Origin: Cenococcum geophilum
Lineage: Eukaryota
Direction of reading: 5' to 3'
DNA length: 64,000 bases
Assembly (NCBI GenBank): GCA_050273025.1
Contig: CP158635.1
Coordinates: 10,788,001-10,852,000 of the forward strand
Part shown: positions 47,101 to 60,124 of the stretch, piece after piece
How the letters are laid out: every line of letters starts with the position of its first letter
How positions within the stretch are numbered: the first letter of the stretch is position 1
Position numbers and translations under genes: made by a program
Notes under the pieces: generated by a model
Told to the model about the DNA's origin: nothing
Databases searched by the model: none
The model's input: the letters and a program-made list of their open reading frames with translations, nothing else

Positions 47101-50100
47101 ATAAGATTTTCTAATTTAGGGTTTATTTTAATTTAGTAAAAAGCCTAGCGGATATTAAGCTTCGTAAAGATTTTAGCTCTACTTATTTAGGCTAAAGTCT
47201 TATTAAGTAAAGGTAGTAGGTAGCGGTTTTTAAGGGTTAAGTTATTAAGCTTATAGTAGTTAATACAGAAACGAAGTCCTCTATTTAGCTTTTTGGTAAA
47301 AAAAATAGATAAATTAAAAGGGGCTTAACTAGGCTTAATAAAGCCCTTATCTAGGTTATTAATAAAATACTACTTTATAGCCTATAATTCGGCAGTAAAT
47401 TATTATTAGAGGGGGCTATAGCTAAGGGTAACTACCCTATCCGGCTTAATTTTAATCTTATAGTTATATAGTCGGTAAAGCGGAAGTATATTAGATACTG
47501 CTTTAGAGAAAGTATCTTTAAATTTCTAGTATTAATAGGGCAGTTTCTATTCTACTAACTCCTTATCTATAAGCTTGCCTTTTTCTTAGGCTAGGGCTTC
47601 TTTCTCTTTAATTATTTAATTAATTTCGTATAAGCTAGTTATAATGGTAATAGTATTGGGCTAAACTAGGTTCTAGTAGAATCCTATAGCGTTAATATAG
47701 TAGATATTAACTAGTAGGAGGTCTATAGGTTTCTTTATAGATATTTATTAGGCCGTATTTTGCGGTATAAGGTTTCTAGTCTTCCTTAGCTTACATTCTA
47801 TTTTCCATAAGTTGTCCTTTTAGTTTATTAGTTTAGTATATTATCTAATATCCCTAGCCTTCCTTTATGGCTGCGTAGGGCCTAAGTTCTCTATTAGGGA
47901 CTTAGCTAGGCTACTACCGACTTCCTAAGTCTTTAGTGCAGGTAGTGTAATATAGGCAGTCTAGGGGCGGCGTAGTATACGGATCTGTTGCGGATTAAGC
48001 TATATATCCTTCTTAAAAGCCTAGTCCTTACGCGTTATATTAGCCTAGTAAACGGTGTTTATCTACAGCCGTATAAGGTTTTCTATTATAATTCTAATCT
48101 CTTTTATAAAGGAAGGCGTTAGGGGTATAGTTTTAGGCTAGATAAGCTGCCTATTCTATACGTTAAGCTATAAGCCTAAATAGGCTAGCTATTTTCTCCC
48201 TAAGATTATATTATAGCTTCTAAGGTCTATAATAAGGAAGGGGATATTATACTACCTTCGTCTATTAACGCGGAGGTAGATCTATAAGATAGTTATAATA
48301 GGTAACCCTATCCGTCCATTATAACCGCAAATAGGGATTAGTTTAGGTAGTTCTTTAAAGAATAAATTTAAAAAGTTAGCTAGTTTTATAGCGCACTTTA
48401 TATTAATTAAGGTAAAGGTATTTACTCCTAAGTTAGCTAAAGCAGAGGTTAAAACTTAATATTTATTATGGAATAAAGTATAAGGGATAGTATAGCTTCT
48501 TCTACTAACTAGCTAACCTAGATTAATATATAATATATTAATCCCTTTTAACCCTAAAGAGGAGTCTTCCTCTAGGGTTTCTTTTTTTCTAGCTCTGTAT
48601 TATCCTCCTAAATTAATAAGACCTTATTTATTTTTGCCTTTATTAGGCAGTTTCTTATAGGGTAGCCTATTTAACCGTATAAGAAGTAAGCTCCTTAATT
48701 ACTAAGGGCCTATATATAGGGGTTACTATATATAGGCTAGGTGTATACTAGGCCCGTAGTAGGGGTAGCTATATAGCTAGCTACTAGGTTAACTATAGGA
48801 GTTGCCAATTATACCAGGGCACTATAGGCTGTACTTATAGTACTTATAGCCTAGTTTATAAGGGTTCTAGTTTTTAGCTAATTAGTGCGTGCCTTAATTT
48901 AACGGAGGCCTTAGTTAATAGCTAAGCAATAGTCTATAAGTTTCTTTAACGTCTATACTATAATATAAGCTAGTAATATAGCCAGCTATAGGTCTAGGGT
49001 AAGCTTATTAAAGAGGTCTAGTAATAGGTCTTCTTAGGGGATCTAGGCCTATCTGGCTAGGTATAAAAAGCGGGTTTAAAAGGCTAAAAAGGTCTCCGTT
49101 GTTTTTATGTTTAGGCTTTTATAGCTAAGGTAGGCGTTTTATACTTTAAAATGGTCTTTATAAATAAAAGATAAATATTTAAATATTTCTTTTTTAGAAA
49201 TAAAGGGGTCTATTAAGTCTTTAGTATATCGCGGACGTAAATACGTCTAAGCGTCTCCGCTAGTACGGCCGAAGACATAGGCCATTTTGGCTTAGGCGTT
49301 AGGGAAGTAGTCTATATTAACTTTAAGTTTATCCTATAATTAAAGCTTCTAATTATTAAATATAGGGTTAGTTCCGTTTATAAGTAGCGAGGGATCTATA
49401 ACCTTTATTAACCGCTTTAGTACTATATAGGCCTTAGTAGATCTATAAAGGCGCTAAAATAGGGCCTAAAGGACTATAGTAAGTCTTTAGTTATCTAATA
49501 ATGACTTATTATTAGATATAGGGGTATCTCTAGCTTTAAGTAGTTCTTATAGTTGTTTAATTTTAGTATTAGTAGCCGTAAGCTCCGCCTAGGGGGTTAA
49601 AATATTAATTATTTCTTCGTCTAAAGTATTTAAGGGTCCTATAGCTGCTTTACCTACTGCTATATTTTGTAATATAGTAGTAGGGGTATTAGGTAATTCT
49701 AGGTAATTTCTTTAGGGGTTCTAGTCTATATATATCTTATAGGTCCTTTCCTTAGGATTCTATTCTTTTCTTTTAGGTTCTATCCTTATGGTCCTAGTAA
49801 TGTCCTTAGGGTCCTATTGTATTCTTGTCCTATTTATAGTCTTATAGATATATTTAAGTTCCTTTTTAGGAAGAAAGAGTAAAGTAAGCTTTAGATAATG
49901 TTAGCGACTTAATTAATTAAGGTATAGATACGGCAAAAGGGACGCGCAAGCCTATATAATTGGATTGTCTATAAACAAGAATCTAAAGCTAAAGAAAAGA
50001 AAGAAGAAGAAGGGGAGCGCCGCTTAAAGCTATATATAATCCTTTAGTTACATAACTATAACTATATAAAACTGTCTAAAATTGTCTACTATAATCTACC

Positions 50101-50122
50101 GTTTTCTATTAGTGCTGTAATA
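44128..50122 (-). mobile_element. Full-length RIP-inactivated Ty3/Gypsy chromovirus, family A
   Basis: 224-bp LTRs at 44128-44351 and 49899-50122; TSD TATAT (44123-44127, 50123-50127); PPT complement at 44352; de-RIP RT YLDD (~46960), RNase H ETDASD (~46520), integrase and chromodomain. Confidence 0.93.
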
Positions 50123-50882
50123 TATATTAGGGGATTTTGCTAAGACTATCTAAAGACCATTAGCTAATAGGTCTATTATCTAAGAGGGCTATTTAGCCTA
50201 TTCTCCGCAGGTCTAATAATATATGGATTGTTAATGCCTCCTAACGAAAATTTTAACCTAAGTTTATAAGTAATAAGCTGATAAATTAATCCAAAGCTTT
50301 AATTTAGAGCTTTATTATATAGACTTTATTTAAATATATATAGAGATAAGGTTTTCTAGGGGGAGACCCCCTAAGACCCCCCTATATAGAGCTTTTACTT
50401 AATTTAAAAGTAGTAATAAGATTAAGGCACCTTAGTTACCACTAGGTAAGGATCTACTATAGTAACTAAGGCGCCCTACTTAAGCTAGGCTTAAAAATTA
50501 TATTAGTTATAGATCTAGTATATATTTAGACTATAGAGCTTTAATATAGAGCCCTCTACGTATAATCTAATATAGTAGATTATAATTATAATTTAAAGCT
50601 TTATATACTAAATATTTTTAACGCCTAATAACTAAATCGCTATATAGTTAGAATTAAAGTCTACTGCCCTAACTTGATTAAATATACGTATAAGAAGAGA
50701 TATAACTATATACTAAGACCCCTCCCCTAATAGGCGAAGGCGGTGCGACTATAATAGTATAAGAGGCTAATTTAACTACGTCAGGAAAAATTTTACCAGC
50801 ATTTTCGCAGCATTTGGCGGCATTTGGCGGCCAAATGCGCAATCCGCGCACTATAACGTGTAGCGTATGGTATCAACTTAGG

Positions 50883-51215
50883 TGCGGCATACTGCCGCAT
50901 CTAACAACGCGATGTAGCATACTGCCGTATCCAATAACGCAGTGTAGCATACTGCCGCATCTAGCAACGCGGTGCAAGTATACTGCCGCATCTAATAACG
51001 CGGTGTAGCATTCTGCCGTATCTAATAACGTAGTGTAGTATTCTGCCGCATCTAACAACGTAGTGTAGCATTCTGCCATATCTAATAACGTGGTGTAGTA
51101 TTCTGCCGTATCTAATAACGTGGTATAGCATTCTGCCGCATCTAATAACGTGGTATAGTATACTGCCGCATCTAATAACGCGGTATAAGTATACTGCCGT
51201 ATCTAATAACGCGGT
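50883..51215. repeat. Tandem array, ~11 copies of a 30-31 bp unit (TGTAGCATWCTGCCGCATCTAAYAACGYGG)
   Basis: Directly visible periodic repeat without spacers. Confidence 0.95.
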
Positions 51216-51370
51216 ACAGCTAATTGCGTATTTATAGCTACCTAGGTAAATAGTGCCTTTATTCTATTAAGCTCTCTCTATACTTAATATATAATTAATA
51301 TATAATACCCCCTTTATATATTTTATATATCTTACTTACTTTAAGTAATAAATAAGTATTACTCTTTCCA

Positions 51371-51537
51371 TGTACTTAATAGTATTTACTTAGTTTATAT
51401 AGTTAGTAGTATTTACCTATTCCGCGTAATTAGTATACTTTACTTAGTCTGCGTAGTTAGTACCCTTTACTTATTCTATATAATTAGTACCCTTTACTTA
51501 TTCTACGTAGTTAGTATTTTTTACTTATTTTATGCGC
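51371..51537. repeat. Tandem array, ~6 copies of a ~27-bp unit (TAGTTAGTACCCTTTACTTATTCTACG-like)
   Basis: Directly visible degenerate periodic repeat. Confidence 0.8.
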
Positions 51538-51599
51538 CTAGCATATATTATATAAAGAACATATTTTAATCTAATAGTAGTATAGTATAACACCCTTTA

Positions 51600-53760
51600 A
51601 TTAACCTACTATTTTAAGTTTAATATTTATATAAGTCCCGCCGCGATAGTAGTACCGTACTATTAAACCCCTAATTATCTTTATTCTCGCTATTATTTTC
51701 CCTATCTATTTTACTACCTTCTTTACTCTTATCCTCTTTATCGCCGTTATTTTCCCTATCTATTCTACTACCTTCTTTACTCTTATCCTCTTTATTAGTA
51801 AATTCTAGTATTACTAGTTTATCTTTACTCTATAGGCGGGCCTTTATATCCTTTAGTATAGCACTATTTATAATATCTATAACCTTAGACTTACCGGTAA
51901 AAGTATACTGCAAGATATAGTAATTAATTCCTATTTTCTGTTTATTATTACCTTAAATTTATTTAAGGCGCGCTTAGATAATATTAATGTTATAGTTATA
52001 ACGTGGTTTATAAGCGAGCGGCGAATACAAGCGAGCAGCGCACCTTGAAACTCACCAAAAATTGGAAAAATCGCACTTTAATATCTCGATAACCACTTAA
52101 TAATAAATTCTAATAATTTAGATTTAGGCTTTTATATATACTCTATAGCTTCTATTAAGATTATAGAGTAAATAGTTTAATAGTTTTTAAAATATTAAAA
52201 TTTGGGGGCTAAAATAAGGCTAAATTACTATATCCTACTATATCTTAAAAACTATAAAGCTCTTTACTATATAATTTTAATAGAAGCTATAAAGTATATA
52301 TAAAAGCCCAAATCTAAATTATTAAAATTTATTATTTAGTAGTTATCGAGATATTAAAGTGCGATTTTTCCAATTTTTGGTGAGTTTTAAGGTGCGCCGC
52401 TTACTTATATTCGCCGCTCGCTTATAAACCACGTTATAGCATTAAAATTATTTTATTAGTATACTATAAAAAGGAGACCTTATATATAGTTTTAGGGTTT
52501 ATTCTTTATAACGAATATACTAGGCTACCGTTATCCTATTATATTATCTTTATTAGCCTATATATAATAATTAAAATAGTATAATATTATAATATAGGAA
52601 ACGGTAGTAAAGTACTATAGTATATAGTAAGTATCGCGATATAACGTTGCGATATAATTAATATAATATTATATATTTACACTTATAGTATACGGTTATT
52701 AAGTAAACCTATTATTATACTTAGGATTTAATTCCTTTAAATCTTTTATAGTATCCTTAAACGGATTACTAATTACCTATTAAATCTATAGTATCTTATC
52801 TCTAGTTACGTTTTATATCTTATTAACTTATTATAGAAGTAGCTTACATAGCCTTTTATTACGCTTAGGTTAGTAGCTCTTCTAGGTATTTTATAGTTGC
52901 TCCTAACTATTTATAATACGCTTTAGTAAGTATAGTAAGAGGCTTTCTATAGATTTACCTATAATTATAGCGTTAGCTTTAAACTTATAAATAACTTATA
53001 TTCTGCTTTTATAGTCCTTAAGAGTATATTAAATTGCTATATATATAAGCTATATTATATTAGCTATAATAGGCAAGAAGAGGTTAGTATTATTCTTATT
53101 AAGGGTAAGTAACCTTAGCCCAGAATTAAAGAACACGCGCTTAATATAATGTATAATAATTAGTGCCTTAAATCTTGTCTCTCTATCCTAGCCTTAGTTA
53201 GTTAGGTATAATAAAAGGTAGAGTACTAACTAGGCCACTAAGCGTAAAGCGGTTATCCTTAAGTAGTTCTACTACTTTCTTTACTATAGCCTTAGTATCT
53301 AGTTTAAGGCAGTAATAGCTCCTGGTAATAATATCGCGTACTATATTTATTATATAATACTAAAATACGCTAAGCTAGTTATATAGCTAGAAAATTAGTT
53401 AGTATAGTACTACTAAATTTAAGGACCGTAAACCTTATATGCCGCTAGCCCTAGTGGCATACTTAATACTCTATTTATTAGGTTTCCGTAACAGTCTATA
53501 ATAGTAATTACCTCTTTCTATATCTACTTTATTAGTATATTTAAACCACTTATATTTATTTCCGGCTAGGGAGAGAAATAGAGCTCTTTAGGCATAGAGC
53601 CTATTATTACTTATATAATAAGACGTGTCTAAGTAATACCGTATATCTTTGTATTAACTAGGCTAAGTAGCTGCTTTATATATTGTCTAAAGTTATTCTA
53701 TAGCGGTTATTTATTTAAGTAATATATGCGTTTCTTTTAGGTATGGGTTTTAGATATTTT
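51600..53760 (-). pseudogene. RIP-inactivated DUF6532-like gene with acidic C-terminal repeats, interrupted by a MITE
   Basis: De-RIP ~52970-53270: LLEDDRFT...RFEAPIIIHCIKRVFFDSG...LF.PI.ADNIAY...AIQHTLKDYESG....EF; D/E-rich duplicated segment at 51680-51800. Boundaries are approximate and the domain call is from remembered motif pattern. Confidence 0.5.
52001..52434. mobile_element. 434-bp Fot1/pogo-type MITE with ~175-bp TIRs
   Basis: Starts ACGTGGTTTATAAGCGAGCGG, ends CCGCTCGCTTATAAACCACGT; TA TSD on both sides. Confidence 0.9.
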
Positions 53761-54329
53761 AGGGTTGCTTAAGGTTTATAGGCTTTTATCTAATAAGAAC
53801 GGAACTATCCGTTAGGATAACGTTATTAAAATTAATAATAATAGGTTATACTATAGCATATTAATAATAGTCTTGCCTTTTAATAGAGACAGTTACGGTA
53901 TAGAGCCTAATATTATCCCCTTTAAAATCCGGATTATCTTAAAAGCTACTACTTAACTTATAGCATCTTTATTTACTTTTCTACGGGATAGGTAGAGGAT
54001 AAGTATATTAGTTTAGTAAAACTATTTAACTTTTATACGCACCTTACTTCCCTAAAAGACGCTAGATAGTCTGGAGTCTTATACTTAATATACTTTAAAC
54101 AATAACCTAGTTAACTTTTATAATATAAATTAGGTATTTCTTACTAAGTATATAGAAAGGAGCTTTAATAAACTTATAATAATAAGTTAGAAGGGCGGCC
54201 TAACTATCTATTAGGCTTTATAATAGGGTAATTAGATTGCCTTACTATAGCGTAGGGTCCTACTTTATATAATATTTTTTCTATACCGCATAGAAGCCTA
54301 GTTCTTTGCGATATTTACCTACTCTTAAG

Positions 54330-57300
54330 GTAAATAGTATGGTGTATAGGATATAAAGGGTAGCTAGCGCATAGAGGGTAATGTGTAGTGGTGTTATGTT
54401 CTAGTTTATTATAGTCGCGGCAATTTACCCCTTTATTATAATCCGGCGCCGCTAGTTATAACTTACCGCTATTTTAGTTAAGTTATATTTATTTACCGCC
54501 TAGTATAAGCCTATTTTCTTACATATATATTAACCTGTGCCCTATTTATTTGCTTAAAGTCTTTATTATATATAGTATTATATATATCCCAATTACTATA
54601 GTTATTTATAAAGAAACAGTCTATAATATTAATATTCGTCGGTATAAGTAAGATAGGCCTTATAATATAGTTAATATTATATATCTAGAGGGCATCTAGC
54701 GTGCGTTTTATCCTACTATTAGATAGCTTTATACTCTATACTCTAAGTATTCTAGTTCTTATATTAATTTTACTACCGTTATAAACTTAAAGGGTCTCTA
54801 CTAATGCACTAGCGTATTTTAGGTATTTACCCTTACTATCTAATTACCTAGTATCATGGATTATAAATAGCAGATAAAGCCTCCCCACTTTATTGCTATA
54901 GAGGCTGTCGTTTGCCTACTTATATTCTTATACTATTATAGCATTATAGTAGGGGGCTTTAGTATTAGCCTATAACGGGGTATATTAAGCAAATACCTTA
55001 TTAAGCTTATTAGTGTTAGTGGCATTCTTCCTAAAGTAAATATAGTATATAACGCTGTAATGGATACTTAAGGGTATCTTTAATACCCAATTATTATCGG
55101 CCTCTAGTTAGTTAACGTCCTAGTTTATTTACTAGATTCCGTTAATCTACTTACGGTATTCCCTTATAAAGGGGGCTAGTTTAGATATAAGGTCGGTAAT
55201 CTTTATCTAGCGCTATACCTCCTTAACTATACGCCAGATAGATATATTAATTCTTTAGTCTTAAAGTATCTAAGTTATATAGTCGTTAAAGTTCCATATA
55301 TATAAGCGATATACGTATATAATAACTATAGGACCTAGTTATATTATCTATATTGCGCTTATTAGGTCTACTATATTAATTATATTAGTTAATGTCTATA
55401 GCTTAAGTTCGTTTTAAAGTATAGTGTTAAGATATATAGTGTTATATTATAGCATCTGCTCTTTATAGTTGTTCTATTTATTAGTCCTACGGTAGAATAC
55501 CTTCTATAGCTTATATACTTACTCCAAATACTTTATATCTATACCTTTAATTACTCCTAGTTGCTAAATACTCTCTAGATAGTAGGTAATAGCATATAGC
55601 TTAGAAATATTAAAGTGTAGTAGTTTTACCTTACTTAGTTAAAACAGAAGGAATATATCCTTTATCTTATCCATTCTATAAATAGCTACTACTAGGTACT
55701 GGATGGTTAATTCATTGTGTAATATATATTAAAATAGTATAGTAAAGTCCACAAACGCCCGGATAAATAGCATAGCGCCTTTATTTTATTTTAGTAAGGG
55801 TACTATAATGGGGACCAATTATTGTAACAGAGATTTATATATCTTTTCTATTTATTAGCCGATATTTACCTAGCTATCCCATACTATTATATTAGTAAAT
55901 CGTTTCACCTATATAAAGCGAGTGGTAATAAGTGTATTAATATTTAATATCTCCTAGCCGCAACTATCTATACGCGGGATATTAAGGCCCTAATATTTTC
56001 TAGCCTATATTTCGCTTTATATAAGCCCCTTAATCTAGTGCATAAGATATTTACTAGTAAGGCCTTTAAGCACCTAGTGTAGGAAATTAGGCGCCATTAT
56101 CTTATAGATATTAGATAGATTATAGCCCTATATAAAGTTATAGAACGGCTAAATATAATCTAAGTTATTCTTTTTATTAGTATCGCAACCTTCCTACTAT
56201 ATTTATATTTGGTTTTTTGTTAATTAGTATATACGGAATAGCTACGGTTACTAGATAGCAGTTATTAAATTATACCGTTTATTTGTATATATATAATAAG
56301 TTAAATATTTATAGCTACTTTTAATACCTATAAGCGTGACCTGTTCTTTATAATTAGCTATAAATATAGCTAGAAGTAAAAAGTAGTGTTAATTCTAGCC
56401 ATCTGTGTATAGGAGATATACTCCTTCTTTACTAGCTTTTTCTAACGCTATAGGCATTATTAGCATAACTATACTAGCAGTAGAGTTATCGCTAAAGTAT
56501 ACGTTTAAGGATAGCTATAAGGGTCTTATATTATACCGCTAGTTATATTATTTAGTTACTAGGTATATAGACCAGGAGGTATATAAGTAGTAATAGGGCT
56601 AGTTAATTTACGGATTGTTAAATATATAGTTTAATATTTCCAATTAAAATATAGAGCGACTATACTTTCTTACCGCCGGCGTATTATATTAGTTAGGTCT
56701 TATTACTAGCTAATATAATTAGCACTACGGTTACGCTAAGCGGTAGCTACTTTTACATCTCCTACTACCAGTCTACCGTGTTAAGCTTATTATATATTCT
56801 TATTTCTACTAATAAGTACTACCTTATTAGTGAGAAAGTTATATCTCTTTAGAAGGGCTATAACTAATAAGAAAGGATATAATCTTTAGAGCATTTTAGT
56901 AACGTACTAGCAGCTACTAGTCCCCTACGGTTATAATTATTTTAATTTACTATGGTTAATTACTCTTAGATTATATCTATTTTAAAAGTAGTTTTACTTT
57001 AATATTATTAGCACTCTAGTAAGAAAAATGGTTGGTAAATACTCCCTAAAGCCTAATATTATTAAACTATTTATTAATAGCGCGGTTAGAAGTCCCGTAG
57101 CTTACCTACTATAAACCCTATATATATTCTGCCTTACTGCTAAATAAATAAAATAGGGGAGGTATCTTATTTAGTGTACTGCTAGTACGCTTAATACGCG
57201 GCATAATATTGTATACTGCCGTAGTATTGTCCATAGTTTATGGATTTCCTTAGTTCCGTCTTAGAGGCTTTCCTATAGCGCGGCTAGTAGCCTCTTTAAA

Positions 57301-57800
57301 TATTTTAGTCTAAAAGACGTCTATAAATATTCTAGTTAAAGTTTACTAATTAGTCTTAACTATCGCTAGGTTATATACCCTATTAAATGTTACGGAATTA
57401 TTATTATAGTGTATATCTATAGCCCCGTTATTCGGCTTATTAATAATATTATTACCTAGAGCTTATATAGGTGGCCACTTATTACCTTGCTCTAATTTAG
57501 CCTTATAATTAGTTATATAATGCCCTTTTAAGGTTTAATAGTATAATAGTGCATTATCGTCTATATATTATATAAGTGGCCACTTATTATATTACTTTAG
57601 CTTAGCCCTATAATAGGCTGTCTAATACTTCTCTAAGCTTTAATAGCGTAAGGGTATATTATTATTTATTTCTTTAATATTAACGCCCTTATATCTACCC
57701 TTCTTTTATTTCTATTATTTTAGATAATATTATTTATAATAGGTTAGACCGCCCATGCTTTTTACTTTAGTCCTATACTTTCTCTATTACCGCTAAATAG
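54330..57800 (-). pseudogene. RIP-inactivated Plavaka-family transposase
   Basis: De-RIP motifs in the expected order: T.DWWWEMQKQLP.GATVVPIILASDKTQLT..AGGK.AW.LYI.IGNI (~56630-56780), MAPDFLHQVLKG (~56060-56098), QWTGK (~55850), RAFVDF...QY..H (~55715-55762), HFNIPKLHAI.HYPESI (~55565-55617). Ends are approximate. Confidence 0.8.
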
Positions 57801-58389
57801 AGCTTATTTATAAATTGCCGCATTAAGCTATAATTTGCTATAGTTTAGTTAGAAAGAAGCTGAAAATAATATCTATATAGAACCGTATATTTAAAGTAGT
57901 ATTTATAGCTTATACTATGTTATAAGCTAGTTAAGATAGGAGGAGTATAATAAGAGTACGGCAATATCCGTGGATACTAACGCGCTAGATAGTGTAACCC
58001 GTTACGTTTTACGCTAATTTACGCTAGATCGCGTTACGTTAGGCTAGGAGACTCTACTTATTACTAATGTCGCGGTGCCTTTTTATTATACTAAGCATAG
58101 GATTTTAAATACCACTATTTCCTACTTAGGATACTAGACTGTTTTTTATAATAGGACGCGATATATAATAGCGGTATACTGTAAATACGGCGTAGTATAA
58201 CTCTATAAGCGCTATAGACCCGTAAAAAGATATACAGCTTATTACTGGCTTAGGCATTACTGTAGAGAGACTTAATACTATTAAGCGGACTTTTAAGTAG
58301 GTTATTATTAAGGACGGCATCTTATATGTTTTATTTCGCGGATAACTAAATAATTTACTACGTAAGTAGGCGATTTAAAAAGTTATCTA

Positions 58390-59445
58390 TTAGGTAATAG
58401 AATGTGAGAAGGTACTAGCGCTATAAGTATATAAGGCTATATAGAACATACTAGCCCGCGTATAGTTAAATATATATAAGAAGATAAAGGTGCTAAAACG
58501 GCCTGGCATTAACTATATAATAGATGCGGAAAGGGGGTATACGGCTACTATAAACTTATAGAGTTTATTTTAGCTTAACTATATATAGAACTACAGCTAT
58601 AATCTTAAACGACTTGTTATACTACTTTATAGGCGGAAACTAGATAGTATAAACTTAGTCCTAAGTATAGACGTGGCCTTAAGTCTAGTGTTGCTGTTTA
58701 ATGCGCCTTAAGACCTACGCATAGTTAAATATTAGCTACTAGTTAAGATGTTTTTAGAGGCCGGGGTAGATTATAATAAGGAGTGGATATAGGCCGCCTA
58801 TATAGAGATTATGCCTATCCGAAATAATGGGGCCTTAAGGGCTGCTCTATTAAGGGCAGTTTATTATAGGGTAGACTAGGTTATATTTACGACTATCTAT
58901 AAAGATAGTATATAGATATCCGTTATAATTATAATATATTACTAATATTTATCTAGCCCTATTTTTAGCGCGATACGTTTTACTAGGCGGGCTAGAAGGT
59001 ATTAATTAATTATAGTTAATCTAATCTACGTAAAGATAGTGACTTTAGTTAAGTTTGCCTTATAGCGAGACCTCCTATTACACTAGGAAGCCCTAAGATT
59101 ATTACCTATATATATAATCTTAGGTTATCTAGATATAGTACGGCGAATTGCCTTTACTATAGGCTCTTTTATTAGGGACAACTATATAGACATTATATTT
59201 ATCCTATGTTTTACTAGCTAGTAGCTAGTATAATAGGATAGGTATTATTTTAAGGGCCTATGGTATTAGCGACAAGTTTCTTAAAATATAGTAACGGCGT
59301 ACTAATACTAGGAATAGTATACCTAATATAAGCAGGAGAGGGTATTAGGTCACGTTGCCTTAGCGGCAGCTATAGTAAGAAAAGGATTAGATCCTATTTA
59401 AGGTTATTATAGTTTAGCGAAAATAGAGGCGGCCTATACTATATG
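58390..59445 (-). pseudogene. RIP-degenerate ORF-like region of unknown function (Pro/Gln/Ser-rich after reversion)
   Basis: Codon-like structure with mostly TAA/TAG stops on the minus strand; no recognisable domain. Confidence 0.25.
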
Positions 59446-60124
59446 GAGAGTAATTAATAATAGTTGCGATTGCTAGTAAGATATCTAGACTATAATCTAA
59501 CTAATTAAGTACTTAGGGAATGTTTAGTTATAAGTTTAGATTAGAATAAGGGCTTTAAAATAGAGTTAATTTAAAGCTCTAATCTAATTCTAAGGCGACC
59601 GTTCGGTTAAATTCTAGTTTAACTTAACTTTAGCCATAAATTTTTAATGTTTTAAAAAACACGCTAAAAGTTACTAAAAAGTTGGTAACTTTACTATATA
59701 TAGAATCTAAACTAAGGTCTTAGTATTAATTTAAATTAGGAGCTTAAAGCTCCTTATTTAAACTCTAAATTAAATCTAAAGGCTTTAGATTATATACGTC
59801 TATATAACCTATAGATCTATAAACGCGTATTAAATTAGGAAGGAACGCGTTCTTTCTACTAGACTTTTAGTTTAGATTTAAAAGCGATAGATTATAACTA
59901 AATAACCCCTTAAAATCTGGATTATGGATTAGTATTAATTAACCGCTAGCCTATAAGGGATAGAAACTAGGATTACTAAGCTTTATAAATTAGGCTATCT
60001 TTACCGTAATATACTTATCTATTTTAGAGATTATAATTATTAAAAGTTTATCTTATTTAGCTGTAATATATAATATTATAATATACCGTATTTTACCTAG
60101 TACTATAGTAAAATTATAAATGCT

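Noticed and set aside
50355..50385. GGGGGAGACCCCC..GACCCCCC hairpin as an element terminus
   Set aside because: An isolated short GC hairpin with no supporting terminal features or coding remnants that I could read.
50883..51215. CRISPR-like periodic array
   Set aside because: Units are head-to-tail without unique spacers, there are no cas genes, and the context is eukaryotic.
59490..59930. Clustered TTTAGATT/AATCTAA inverted motifs between the helicase and the unknown ORF
   Set aside because: Could be a decayed small insertion, but no definable TIR or TSD in AT-rich RIP sequence.
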